Of a stretch of 64,000 bases of DNA, positions 1-13,412 are shown piece after piece. Source of the DNA: Octopus vulgaris (Eukaryota); the NCBI GenBank assembly GCA_951406725.2, contig OX597827.1:72726001-72790000 (forward strand), read 5' to 3'. The position numbers and the translations under genes were made by a program. Numbering within the stretch: the first letter of the stretch is position 1; each line of letters starts with the position of its first letter. The notes under the pieces are model-generated. The model did no database searches and was not told the origin of the DNA. It worked only from the letters and a program-made list of their open reading frames with translations.

Positions 1-79
1 TTGTGTGTCTGTTATTTACACTGGGTATCCAGTATAGAGTATCAATTTACTCCTTTTGTGTATATCAAACATGATCATT

Positions 80-113
<34 letters not shown>

Positions 114-638
114 ATGTGATATTCTCTGTCAGCAAAACTGCCCTCTGAAAATATGTGGAGTAAATATGCAGAGTAGAAAATATGTGGAGTAAAAAAAAAC
201 CCTTGCTTAAAAACAGGTAAAGATTATTAAGGGACAGGATATCCCAGCTGCAAAACAGCACTTCATTAGTAATATGTATTTGGCTAACCTATACTAACAT
301 GGGAAAAAAGACATTAACCCTTTAGCATTCAGATTATTCCGTCAAAGGCAACACTTATTTATTCCCATTATTTTGAATGAATCATGCATTATCTCAGGGC
401 TTTGAGATTTTAATGATGTGATTGTATATTTCCAGAATGTCTTTGTGGTGTAGGTGTGAAAAGTCAGATCTGACTAGCTTGAACATAAAACAGGTTGTAT
501 ATTTGGGTTGGTTATGGCTGGTTTAAATTCTAAACGGTTAAACAAAATATACATATATACAAATATAGTTAAGTTATATTTGGATAAAAATAAAGCTCGT
601 AGAATGCTGTGTAAAGCATGTCCACATTTACTGGCTAC

Positions 639-783
639 CTGATGTCATCATACAGTTGAGATGCTCCTGCTACTAGATTTATTTCAGAAATTCTGTAGTA
701 TCCATAGAGTTTATATAAATTGATTACAGACAGGAAATGGAATTCATGAAATTTCTTATTCAAAACCACTACAGTTGTTTTCC
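639..783 (-). CDS. Candidate internal exon ([47 protein letters not shown])
   Basis: cag|...|gtag boundaries with an open frame in non-repeat sequence; no recognised homology. Confidence 0.22.
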
Positions 784-784
784 C

Positions 785-786
<2 letters not shown>

Positions 787-841
<55 letters not shown>

Positions 842-888
842 TATATATACATATATATATATATATACACATATGCATACATATATAC

Positions 889-951
<63 letters not shown>

Positions 952-1102
952 CATACATACATACATACATATACATACATATATATATACATACATATAC
1001 ATATACATACATACATACATACATACATATACATACATATATATACATACATACATATACATACATACATATACATACATACATATACATACATACATAC
1101 AT

Positions 1103-1163
<61 letters not shown>

Positions 1164-1270
1164 CATACACACATAAATATATACATACATACACATATGT
1201 ATATGTATGTATATGCATATAGAAAGAATGATAAAAAATAAGTATACATAAACACACACACACACACACT
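787..1270. repeat. (AT)n/(ACAT)n compound microsatellite
   Basis: Direct inspection. Confidence 0.97.
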
Positions 1271-1577
1271 TTCATCTTCCACAAGCTACCGACTGCACAA
1301 GTGAAACCTTTTCTGTCCTACTTTGCTGTTTATAATGTCATACAATTACACATGGACCACATTCTCACACATACACACACATACATCGTGCATACGTATC
1401 ATATATCTTAGTCAAATGACTGATATCCTTTGAAATGTCTCCATATATATGTTACAAACGTCTATATAATTATATACTCCTTGTGCTTCGGTTTTTCCTA
1501 TTGGTGTGTTTAATATGTGTGTATGCATGACTGTGTGCGCGTGTATCTGCAAATGTGGATATGCATGTATATACTAA

Positions 1578-1660
<83 letters not shown>

Positions 1661-1743
1661 ATATATATATATATATATATTTATAGATGTGTGTGTGCAT
1701 GTATGTGTGTGAGTGTATATAAGTGTGTGTGTGTGTGTGTATA

Positions 1744-2560
1744 TACTGGATGCGGTGAATAAACTGTCGTCTAAATTAAAATAACACTGACATCTCAGTT
1801 TAACAGATATATTTACCAAAGTTACATGAAAATATCTTGAAATACTAAACAGTAAATTTATTCAATAAAATCACCATTGGCTTCAACTACGGCTGCCAGA
1901 CGACTTCGGAATCTCCTGCAACTCTTCTGGATGGTCTCCTTGTTTAAGTTGGTGAATGCTGCCATAATCCTTGCCTTCAGTTCATCTTTGGTGTTACAAG
2001 GAATTTTGTTGGTTTCTCGCTCAACTGTGTCCCACGCATAATAATCAAGGGGGGATACAGTCTGGGGAGTTAGGTGGCCAGGAGTTAGGGGTGATGTGGT
2101 CACAGAAATTGTCTGACAGCCATGACTGGGTTCTCCTGCGTCTGTGGCATGGTAGAGAGTCCTGTTGCCAGACATAGAGTCTTCCAGCAGCCACCCTCTT
2201 GACCCAGGGCAGCACTACATCCTCCAGGCACTCGATGTAGGCCTCTGTGTTGAGTCTGAGGCTATGTGGGAAGATGAATGGAAGCATAACGTTGTCATCC
2301 CTAGTGATCACTCCAAACACCATGATGTTGACTGGATGTTTGATTTTTATCATTTTCAGTGCATGTCCCCAAATTGCACTGTCCTCATATTGACACTCAA
2401 ACACTCTGAAGTGTTTGCATTAAAGATTCTGCCATGAATGTGAAGCATTACAGCATGTTGTTTCCAAAGAATGCATTGTGTCATGGTGCTGCTTTTTCTC
2501 ACAGATGGTGCCCAACTGACCCTACCAAACTGTGTAGGCGACAAACTCTAACAGAAACAG
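1744..2560 (-). mobile_element. Tc1/mariner superfamily maT-type (DD37D) transposon remnant
   Basis: VMVFGVI...WQQDS.PCH...WPPNSPDC.PLDY with D-x37-D spacing, frameshifted; probable end tactggatgcggtgaataa near 1744. Confidence 0.85.
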
Positions 2561-3058
2561 TGCGCATGGGTGAAATTAAAAATATAAAATGGCGACAATT
2601 TGCCCATCAAGTACTGGTGCCACATATAATGCACCTGAACACTCTGTAAAGTGTTTGGCATTAAGAAGAGCATTCAGCCATAGAAATCCTACCAAAACAG
2701 ATAATGTGGCCTGGTATGGCCCCTGGCACTATCAGCTCCAGTCAAACCATTCAACTCATGCCAGTATGGAAAATTAATGTTAAATGATGATGATGATGAT
2801 GATATATATATATACCTGCCTTATATGGCTTATAGGTTAAATGAGGCATGCTTGCCCTTACGGCCGAAACAGCTGTCAGATATGATATAATTATATATTA
2901 TATTTTATATTTCTATTTCCTTGTCTAATTATATTTACAATATATTTTGTATAATGCCTTTACTGTTATGTAATGGTGTAATAAAGTATTGATTGGGTAT
3001 CATCTGATGGTTGATATTTGATTGATTTAAGTATGTTTCTCCATTTTCTAATTTTGTA

Positions 3059-3108
<50 letters not shown>

Positions 3109-3245
3109 TTAGAGATAAAACCACTATTAGGCAAATCAAACAGTGAAAAACATAAACCAAAACATAGAAATAAAATTAATATAATATACAAAATATATAA
3201 AATATTCCCTGTAAGTTTGGATTTACTCCCTAATATTATTAATAT

Positions 3246-3286
<41 letters not shown>

Positions 3287-3692
3287 TACCAGCTTCCCTT
3301 CTCCACATCACTGATGTTACCCAAGGGAAAGGCCCCAGTGACTTCACAACTACAGCTAAATGAACTGGAGCAACGTAAATTGAACTCACTACCTCATGAT
3401 TGTGAGCCTGATGAGACATCACTTAAAAAGAAAAACAAGGGTTTGTATTTATGCTCCGTGTCACTGCAGTGATAAACAATAACAACAACAAATTAATGGA
3501 TGGACAGATTCCTTTCTATATTATTTACCTTTGACGGATATTTGTCCTCATCTTGTTCGTTGTTAACACATTTCAGCTGATATACCCTCCAGCCTTCATT
3601 AGGTGTCTTGGGTAAATTTCAAACCTGGGTTCTTATTCCTAAGGTATTTTTCCAATGTTGTTGTTATTATTATTATTATCATCATCATTATT

Positions 3693-4248
3693 GAGTGAGA
3701 GAGCAGTGCATGCCATCAAAGTGACACTGGGGTAAAATATACGAAGCCCAGTTTACCCATCATAACAACTCGTCTGAAAAGGGTACACCAGGCACATGCA
3801 TCACAACCATATGTGCACAACATGGTGATCTCATATCAAGATAAACAGCGCATGACCTTGCAGTTGGGGCCCAGTGAGAATTTTCTTCTGGTCGAGTAGC
3901 CCATACCGCTCAAAAGGTCCCTGAATAAGGATTGTTTAAGGAGGTTGAACGAACTGCCCATGTTTCCAAAGGTGAATTATCCAAACCTCCAAGAATTCCT
4001 CTCAACACACGACTATGATGCTCCCCCACTACTTCTGCTCGTGATCAGAGATGCACGTACAGTCAGCCACTAAGGGACATGCTCAACTGGTTATGGTCAA
4101 ACAACTGACAAGCAAATCTGTGGTATTGAGCAGAATATTTGCTGTAGTCCATCTTTTATACCAAGACAAAACAATGTACATGATAACACTTCCATTCAGT
4201 TAAGATCAGAAGCCATGAGATCCACTGTCTGGTACTGCATCAGGGCAT
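3693..4248. mobile_element. Element inserted in a (TTA)n tract between two inverted Penelope-like halves
   Basis: TTA repeats on both sides; 3524-3655 and 4360-4480 are inverted copies of each other. Confidence 0.5.
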
Positions 4249-4934
4249 TATTATTATTATTATTATTATTATTAATATCAATATTATTCAGGTCACTGCC
4301 TGGAATCGAACTTGGAACTAGTAGCCTTTGTTCTTGGGGTTAGTAGCCTGTGGGCATATGAGAACCTAGGTTTGAAATTTCCCCAAGACACTCAATGAAG
4401 GCTGGAGAGTATATCAGCCGTAATGTTGTGTTAACAACAAACAAGATGAGGACAAATATCCATCAAATGTAAATAATGTACATAATTCTTCATCTCTCAA
4501 ATTTAGAACAGATTCCTTTCTGCTGTGAACAGATATGTGATGGATAAATGGATGTGTAATTGTTCCTGCTTCCACTAACTTGCATGAAGCCGTGGTTGAT
4601 TGGTTCAATGACACAAACATCCCAGCTTTAAAGGGGTTTAGATTAAAACCTGCAACAAATGTCAATTCATGTTTGTAAATACCAATCAATTTAATGGGCA
4701 TGGCTGTGTGGTTAGGGAGCTTGCTTCCGAACCACATGGTTTCGTGTTCAGTCCCACTGCATGGCACTTTGGGTAGGTGTCTTCCACTATAGCCCCGAGC
4801 CGACAGAAGCTTTGTGATTGAATTCGGTAGGTAGAAGTTACTGCCATGTGTGTATGTGTGCGTATAGCTGCTCAGTGCCTCTCCGAAAGAGAGAGAGGGG
4901 AGAATTATTGAAATAAATTCTTCCTTATTTGCAA

Positions 4935-5275
4935 ACACCCTGCACCCCTGATATCTTGTCTGGGAAGTCACAGTTAGCGACTCCTTTCTCATCCTGGATG
5001 CTGCGGTCAGGGAGAGATCCACAGCTTCTGCAGCTGAACGGAACAAAATACTGAAATATTGCGATCTGTCGGCCAACTACATTTTTCCATCCTGTGGCGT
5101 TCGAGACATTTGGTGGGGTCGGACCACTAACTGTGAGATTCCTGTCTTCACTGGCAACTCGCCTTGCAGAGGTAACTGGTGAGGCTCATGAGGGCGCTTG
5201 ACTGTTCCAGTGTGTCAGCCTCGCCATCACCTGTGGCAACACTGTAAGCATACTGGCATACCTCAATAGCCATTA
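4935..5275 (+). mobile_element. CRE-type non-LTR element, restriction-like endonuclease remnant
   Basis: LVWEVTVSD...AERNKILKY...PVAFETFG...VSLAITCGNTVSIL, frameshifted. Confidence 0.7.
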
Positions 5276-5689
5276 GAGAGATTTTCCAGTGCCCCCAACT
5301 TTCCAATCCAAGGCGGTGAATTGCTTTGGTATTTCTTCTATTTTTCTCTTTTTTTATTTTTAAGCTTTTCAATTGTGTTCTGTTTTGTCCAATTTTCTAA
5401 AGTTTGTAAAATGGTAAACACTGTGAAGGCAAAAAAATTTGTCAGTCCATAAAAAAAATTATTATAATGAGTGTGGGCCATATCAAGTGAAAAGTGGTGA
5501 TTAAAGTTAGGAGATAAAGGAGGAATTTGTGTGTGTGTATTGGGACATATACGCCCTCGACAGAAAAAGTGGGGTTTTCGTACGCATGAGACTCGAACCC
5601 ACACCTCAAGAAACACTCTCTTAACCTCAGAGAAGACCTGGATGGAAAGCACTCAGCATGCAAAAAAAAAAAAAAAACTTGAAGAAGAC

Positions 5690-6550
5690 AGTAGAATTGA
5701 CATGAAGCGCTGCCTCCCTTGGACTTAAGACCACTACATCATATCAAACTTTGAAGGCTATGCGTTTGCAATCCAGGAACAGGAACCACAAAGTACTTGG
5801 TGAACAAGAGAGACAGTAACGCTCCTGTAATACGAAGGTGCAACCGCATGTGTAAGCTATGTCATGTTTCTGTGGAAGACATCACGCATGTGATTAGCAG
5901 CTGTCCTAAAATGTCGTCACGGTACTACCTTCCTATGTGACAGGATGTTGTAACTAAAACAATTTACATGACATCCGCAAAAAAGACTGTCATGAAATAA
6001 ACTTAGAAAATCCCTCTGTTATGGAATACATTCATAGACACCAACTCAATGAATACTGGTTGAATATTCCCATCAAAACCTCTGTCAAATGTAAACATAA
6101 CAGTCCGGATATTGTTGTTTGGGACAGAGGGGCAAAGGTATGTACCATCATAGAGGTCAGCTGCCCTGCAGATATAAATATCTCTTTGAAATCAAAGAAA
6201 ATGAGGATATCTATGGACAACAATATGAATGTATGATAGACACCTCCAGCTTCTATATCCAGACTATGAATTCATATTCATACCAATAATAACTGGAGCA
6301 TTAGGTTTTGTTAGTAAATGCTTAAAGGTGAATCTGGATAAACTGGGATTTTCAGAAAGTGAAATCGACCAACTAATTCGTAGAGAAGTGCAATCTGTGG
6401 GTGGAACAGTAAAAATATGCAAGACTTTTCTCCAGTTCCAAATGTGAATTTGTCTTTTAACTACATCCCAAAGATGGAGCCTTGTATCTTTGTTGGAAAC
6501 CGGCTCCCTCCTCAGTGGAAGATTTATAGTAATTAAAAAATAGAAGAGAC
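5690..6550 (+). mobile_element. R4/NeSL-type (RLE) non-LTR 3' fragment
   Basis: CKLC...HVISSC zinc knuckle, PDIVVWD...IIEVSCP, IPIITGALG. Confidence 0.85.
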
Positions 6551-6858
6551 ATTCATACATACATACAAACACACCTACGTACACAATTGTATAACGTACA
6601 AACATATAGGTACATACATACAGATACTGTCGCGCGTACATACATATGTATGTACATGTGCGACCTAACGTAAGATCCTGTCTACACAGTCGCTCGCCCT
6701 GCTAGATAAAGTAGGCAAATCCCTCCCTTAGGTCGTACTTTACGCTAAATTAATTCTGACGTTAAGTTAATTTTACATTTAATCCTGAAATTTCGGATTA
6801 AATGCTTTAAACGCATTGTTGCTTTAATGTTCAAAACTGACCAAAGGTCAGTTTGGTT

Positions 6859-6899
6859 GTTTTGCTTTGGCAATACATATACTAAAATTGGAACGATAC
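6859..6899 (+). pseudogene. U6 snRNA 5' fragment
   Basis: gttttgctttggcaatacatatactaaaattggaacgatac matches U6 nt ~1-42; breaks off before the ACAGAG box. Confidence 0.8.
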
Positions 6900-7269
6900 T
6901 AAAATTGAGACTTTTCTTTTTTATTTTGGAGGTGGGGGGCGTAGATAATTTTTATCTTTAACTCATTTTAGTCCCTGAATTGCGGCCATGCTGGGCCACC
7001 GTCTTGAAGTGGTTTTAGTCGAACGAATTGATCACAATACTTAAGAAAAAAAAAATTACCTTTTGGTACCATTTATTTTCCGTTTTAAGCCTACACACCT
7101 GGAACTAAAGTAAACAGTATAGTACAGTGAGACTGGGATCGAAACCACGTATTCGACGCCATATAATAAAACATCCGGAGGTGTTTTATTATTATTATGA
7201 TTTACTTATTACTTATTCTTATTCTTTTAACTCAGATTTTGTTGGAACTGCTCGAATATTAAATTACAT

Positions 7270-7470
7270 CTCCCTTGCTACCTGTAGTCTTCGGTAACAT
7301 GCTATTTATTTCCTTCAAGTATCTCGTACTTCCTTGGTGACTCTGGCCGTTCCAAAGAGACAAGCTTTTGGCAACAGCTCAACAGAGCACTCGACTTCCA
7401 TTCCTTTTATACTCCACTCAGTACCTTTTGATACTGTCCCCACAAGGCCCCAGTGATAATCACCAATTAT
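7270..7470 (-). mobile_element. R4/Dong-type C-terminal remnant
   Basis: LPKACLFGTAR; related to 60430-60645. Confidence 0.55.
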
Positions 7471-8708
7471 TGGCGAGCTGGCAGAATCGTTAGCACGTCG
7501 GACAAAATGATTAGCGGCATTTAGTACGTCTTTATGTTCTGAAGTTCAAATTCCACCGAAGTCGACTTAGCTTTTTGTCCTTCCGGGTCAATAAAATAAG
7601 TAAGTAGCAGTCGAGCACTGGGGGGTCGATGTAATCAACTTACACCCTCCTCCAGAAATGCTGGTCCTGAACCAAAATTTGAACCATTCTTCGATCAAGC
7701 TCTCATCGACTTTTTTCTTCGGAAAGGAAAGTGAGGGTGGAAAGGGAAATACTTAATACTTCGTAGTGAATTTGTGAAAAGATGGGTGACTGTGACAAAA
7801 ATGGTAAGAGTGAATGGTCCCACTTTGAGTACGTGCCTGTAGTTTAGCGAACATGAGAAAGCTCGTACTTTTCGTGGTCAGGGTAATCCTGGATCTATGG
7901 GGTCCCTTAATTGGTCCTAGCTGAAGTTTCTCCTGCATCACACACTTTGTATACTATCTATACTTTTTCCGCATTTCCATTTCCCTGTCTTTTCATTTTT
8001 TTCATCCCATCCTGTATGTAAATCCCTACTCAGATTGTTGTCTGTCCTTATGATGTCCCCCTCATCACCACCTCTGGTTAATAAAAGAAATTATTAACTG
8101 TATTTTGTCCGCCCATTCTTGTTTATACTCAGCAGTCCTCATCGAGCGGACCATGATAAAAATAACAACAATATTGTGGCCGTGACCATCCCATCATTTT
8201 ATCCGATATCCTGGCAAACCAAGTACAATACACTCTAAATTGTTAGGGAATGATTTCAAGGATATTTAGCTGCTGTTTCTTGCAGCTTAAAAGACCACGT
8301 AAATTAGGGCCAGGGGACTGGATAAATGTTATATACATCAGTCAATACACAACTCGAATGAGATAAATACAAACGTATTACACACACACACACACACACA
8401 CGTGTGTGTGTGTTCGTACCTAAAGTGATAACAATAGTAATGATATATACACACACACACATGTAAAAACACATACACATACAAAAAACATGTAGAGACC
8501 CTTAAACAAGTATGTGTATATTATCATGTGTATATTGCCGATGTAAACACTTTACATATACACACATACACATATACACACTACACACTACACACACACA
8601 CACATATATATATATGCATACACATCTCTTTATGCATACATATATGTATGTATAAATCTCTCTCCCTTTCTCTGTACATACACACATACATACATATATA
8701 TACATATA

Positions 8709-8752
<44 letters not shown>

Positions 8753-8816
8753 TGTGTATGTGTATATTGTTTTTGTGTGTGTGTTAATATTGGCATAATG
8801 ACTCCGCTACACACAT

Positions 8817-8864
<48 letters not shown>

Positions 8865-8913
8865 GGTACAAGCAAATTGTACCGAAATATTGAGCCATTC
8901 TTGTTGCTTTTTT

Positions 8914-8957
<44 letters not shown>

Positions 8958-9199
8958 TATATATATATATAAATACATACATACATACATACATACATAC
9001 CTACATCATACATACATACAAACATACATACATACATCATACATACATACATGATTTAAAACATTGTAGTAAAGACGGGAAATTTTACTTACAGCGGAGA
9101 GAAGCTCAAACTCTAAAGGAAGTAAAACCGGGCAAAGAAATTTGACAGAAAAAAAAAATATTGTCCTAGATTTTTTTTTTTTTTTTTTTGTAAACTTCT

Positions 9200-9493
9200 G
9201 CTGCTGCTGCTGCTGCTTGTGATTATGATGATGGTGGGTGTGGTATTGATAGCACTGATGGTGGTGGCGGCGGTGGTGACGGCGGCGGCGGCTAATAATG
9301 ATGTTGATTGTTTTACTAGTGATGATGATGATGATGATGATGATTATGATGGTTGTGGTGGTGGTGGCGGTGGCGGTGGTGGTGGTAGTGGTAAAGTTGT
9401 TGGTTTGAATTCTACTGGTTGGTGGTGCTACCAATGTCGTTGTTTACTGGCTGTGGTTTCGGTGATGGTGGAGGGAGTGGTGCTGTTTTTGTC

Positions 9494-9525
<32 letters not shown>

Positions 9526-9790
9526 TAGTAGTAATAGTAGTAGTAATAGTAATAGTAGAAGTAGTAATAGTAATAGTAGAAGTAGTAATAGTAGTAATAG
9601 TAGTAGTAGTAGTAGTAATAGCAGTAGTAGTAGTAGTAGTAGTAGTAGCAGCAGTAGTAGTAGTAGTAGTATTAGTAGTAGTAGTAGTAGTAGTAGTAGC
9701 AGTAGCTGTTTATGTTGTTGTTGTTGGTGGTGGTGGTAGTTCGATGGTCGTTGTAATGATGATGGTGGTGGTGATACCGGTAGTTGCGAT
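9200..9790. repeat. Compound trinucleotide tract (CTG, GAT, GGT, TAG)
   Basis: Direct inspection. Confidence 0.95.
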
Positions 9791-9970
9791 GGTGTTGCTT
9801 AGGTCAGCAGTGATGTCAAGAAACTCACTCGTGACCATCCCGTCTTTTTGTACATGTCCTTGTCCTTGACCTTCTTATTTCGAACCAATAAGACGTAACG
9901 AGAAGAGATTTGGCTGCTGTTTCTCGAAGGTCAGGAGTCATTACAGGCAAGATTTCGTTGGTGGAAATTA

Positions 9971-10002
<32 letters not shown>

Positions 10003-10024
10003 GGTAGTAATAGTAGTAAGTAGC

Positions 10025-10056
<32 letters not shown>

Positions 10057-12288
10057 CAGTCGTAGTAGTGACCACTTCGACGTTTGTCGTGTGTGTGTGT
10101 GTGTGTGATGGCCCCAGACGTTATTTAGCAGACGGTTAGCGTCACTGAGTACCAAACGATCAGGAACATTCTAACCATGCCCATCCTGTAAAAAAAGAAA
10201 CAAAGAAAGGAAGAAAAAAAAAAAAGCCGGGTTTAATTTGAGGGAGAATTGGCTGCTATTTCTAGCATGTCGAACAACCAGCCACATTGAGGCTCACTTA
10301 GCAGACGGAAGTATGAAGTAGATTTAGCCAGTACTAATGTTACTAAGCGGTGATAATAGTGATAATTCCACTGGAGTCATACACTGAACTATAATAGATT
10401 GGTAGGTGTGGAAATGGATGTGGGACATATCTTGGTGGTGGTGGTTTTGGCGACGGCGACGGAGGCAGTTCGTGATATTGAGAGTGGAGCAAGGGAGACT
10501 GCGGCAAACAGCCTCCGTTTGGCATGCCAAGAACCACTCCACACCACCAAACACACATACACACATACAGATGCAATTACACACACACACTCACACATCA
10601 ACACGCACACACATACACACGTAGAACCACTATATACAAAATTTAGGTACACATCATTTGTGTAGGGTGTGAGTGTATGCATATGTATATATGCATATAT
10701 GTGTCTGTATATATATATATATATATATAAATACACACACACATATATATGTGTGTGTGTATATATGTGTGTATATATATATATGTGTGTATATATGTGT
10801 GTATATATATGTGTGTATATAATATATATATATATATGAATATAAATATAAACACACACATACATATATATATGTATGTATGTATGTATGTGTGTGTATA
10901 TATATATATACATAGGCGTAGGAGTGGCTGTGTGGTAAGTAGCTTACTTACATGGTTCCGGGTTCAGTCCCACTGCGTGGTACGTTGGGCAAGTGTCTTC
11001 TACTATAGCCTCTGGCCAACCAAAGCTTTGTGAGTGGATTTGGTAGACGGAAACTGAAAGAAGCCCGTCGTATGTATATATATCTATATATGTATGTATG
11101 TGTGTGTCTGTTTGTCCCCCCAACATCGCTTGACAACCGATGCTGACAATAGGGGTTCAGCAAAAGAGACCGATAGAATAAGTACTAGGCTTTAAAAAAG
11201 CCTAGTACTTATTGGACTGGAGAAACAACAATTAGAAGGACAGGGGAAAAATAAGATGGGTCATTCACGGCCTTCTTTTTTCAGTCAAGATACCAGATGT
11301 CCTTACCATTTTGGGCAGTTACACTTGAGACAGTTCGATCTTGTTGCCCTGCAAAAAGTCTAAGATAAGAGCATTAGATGTTTTTGTAAGAAAGCTAGCG
11401 AATGTGTATGGCAACAAAAACAAAAAACAAAGTACATGGTACACAATTACAAATACAAACAACAAGAATATAACAACAGGTGTCTTTCGACTGAGAACGA
11501 ATTAAATTGAGATGGTGTGTATGAAGTGAAAGCCTAAAGGCAGGAACATAAGAGATGGACACAAGAGGTGTTGGCGGTCAGCAGTGAGGACAAGAAAGAA
11601 AGATCATGGTTGGCCGGACACTGGTCGCATGGAAGGAGGAGAGAAGGGTAGGGGGCAGTGGGATTGAAGGATTACAAAAAAAATCAGAGACAAAGGGAAA
11701 AGTACTGGGGAGATAAATGAGGAGGAAAAGTAAGAGTTAAAGAAAGAGAGGCCCAAGAAATGTGAGAGAGAGAGGGGGAGTGAGAAAAAGAAAAGAGGAA
11801 GAAAGTATGAAGGGGACTATAAATGTATAATTAATTAATAAAAAAAAAAACCGAGACAAAAAGACAAGAAAAAACAGTGTGAGGACATAATACATTTAAG
11901 GTATTAATGAGACACTCAGAGAAGGAAAGGGTGGTTGTTTTTTATATTTCAATCATAGCTCTTCTTCGGAATCAGGAGACATAGGAAAGTCCAAAAGAAA
12001 AAGAAGAAGGAGGCTACATATAATATATATTACGTATAAGTGGAGGCATGTGGTTTAGTGGGTAGTGTGTTTGATAATGGTCTTGGTTCCTGGACTGAGT
12101 GATGCATTGAGTTCTTGAACAAAGCACCATATTTCATTTTAGTCCTGTTTACTCAAGTGGCAAAAACAAATAACCTCACAATGGACTAATATCACATCTA
12201 GGGGTTAATATATATGTCACGCAAACTGGGAAACCAGAGGCTAAATGACTTGAGAAGGATCTTAATCCTTTGTATATACTTATGCGTA

Positions 12289-12289
<1 letters not shown>

Positions 12290-12337
<48 letters not shown>

Positions 12338-12586
12338 GTCTATCTGTCTGTCAATTTTCTACCTGTCCGTCTATCAATCTCACTATCTCTCTATCTATAC
12401 ATCTATCTGTATATCTATCTATCCACCTATCTCTCTACATATCTATCTGTCTCTCTCTCTCTCTATCTCTCTCTATCTATCTATCTATTTATCAGTCTGT
12501 CTGTCTGTCGGTCGGTCTGTCTGTCTATCTATCTATCTAATTATCTATCTATCTATCAATCTATCTATCTATCTATCTATCTATCA

Positions 12587-12645
<59 letters not shown>
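12290..12645. repeat. (TCTA)n microsatellite
   Basis: Direct inspection. Confidence 0.97.
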
Positions 12646-12646
<1 letters not shown>

Positions 12647-13086
12647 GGATACACACACACACACAGGAATATGTTATGGTTCAGGGTCGAAACATCTGAT
12701 AAATGTTGGATACCTTTTGATGACATCAGTTCCTTCTGTCAAAATTCTATACACTTTATTGAATGGAAATAGCACCACTTTCTAGATGTTATTAACATAC
12801 ACACACACACACATATCAAATATGCTCATCATCATTTAATATCCATTTCCATGCTGGCATGAGTTAGGATGGTTTGACAGCATCAAGTCCATCGTGTCAG
12901 AGGACAACAGGAAGCTCCATTCTCCATCTTAATATAGTTTGTACAGCTGGATGCCCTTCCTAACGCCAAGCACTTTACAAGGTGAACTGGGTGAGTTTTT
13001 TTTTTGTAGGACCAGATCTAGTGAAATCACTGTATAATTTGAAAGGCTAAAAGGTCCCCTTTGACAGAGAGGAAGTATAATACAAA

Positions 13087-13412
13087 GCAGCGGTTCTCAA
13101 CCAAGATCTATATAAGGTTTTGGGGGATACACACGGCAAAATAGTAAATTGGGGATTCACAATATTATTTTAAGGGATTCTGAAAAGATTTTGCTTACAA
13201 TGTATTGGTATGTATTATAAGAAACAGCCAGGTTTCTTTCTCTAGTATTTTACATAGTTCAACCTACACAAGTTGATGTGTGGCAAACAAAATAGGGATT
13301 TTGAAAGGAGTTTCTATAAACTAGTTTTAAAACATTGAATGGCTATGGGGCTTCACCAGAATAAAATAGTAACCAAAGGGCTCCATATATAAAAAATGGT
13401 GGAGAACCCTGC
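13087..13412. mobile_element. hAT-like MITE; partial duplicate at 13415-13890
   Basis: cagcggttctcaacc ... ggtggagaaccctg ends. Confidence 0.6.

Noticed and set aside
635-1284. Long IY/MYV/HT-rich ORFs (also near 8500, 10600, 21000, 33100, 35100, 48400)
   Set aside because: Translations of di- and tetranucleotide microsatellites
4414-5076. 220-aa minus-strand ORF
   Set aside because: Runs through antisense CRE, a SINE and a Penelope remnant
8581-8994. [11 protein letters not shown](RI/YI)nVDVCSG as a microsatellite-encoded signal peptide
   Set aside because: Depends on (AT)n length for frame; no independent support
9219-9869. Poly-Val/poly-Ser ORFs; also poly-I/Y/L/N ORFs at 17219-17784 and 22770-23220
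   Set aside because: Trinucleotide repeat artefacts
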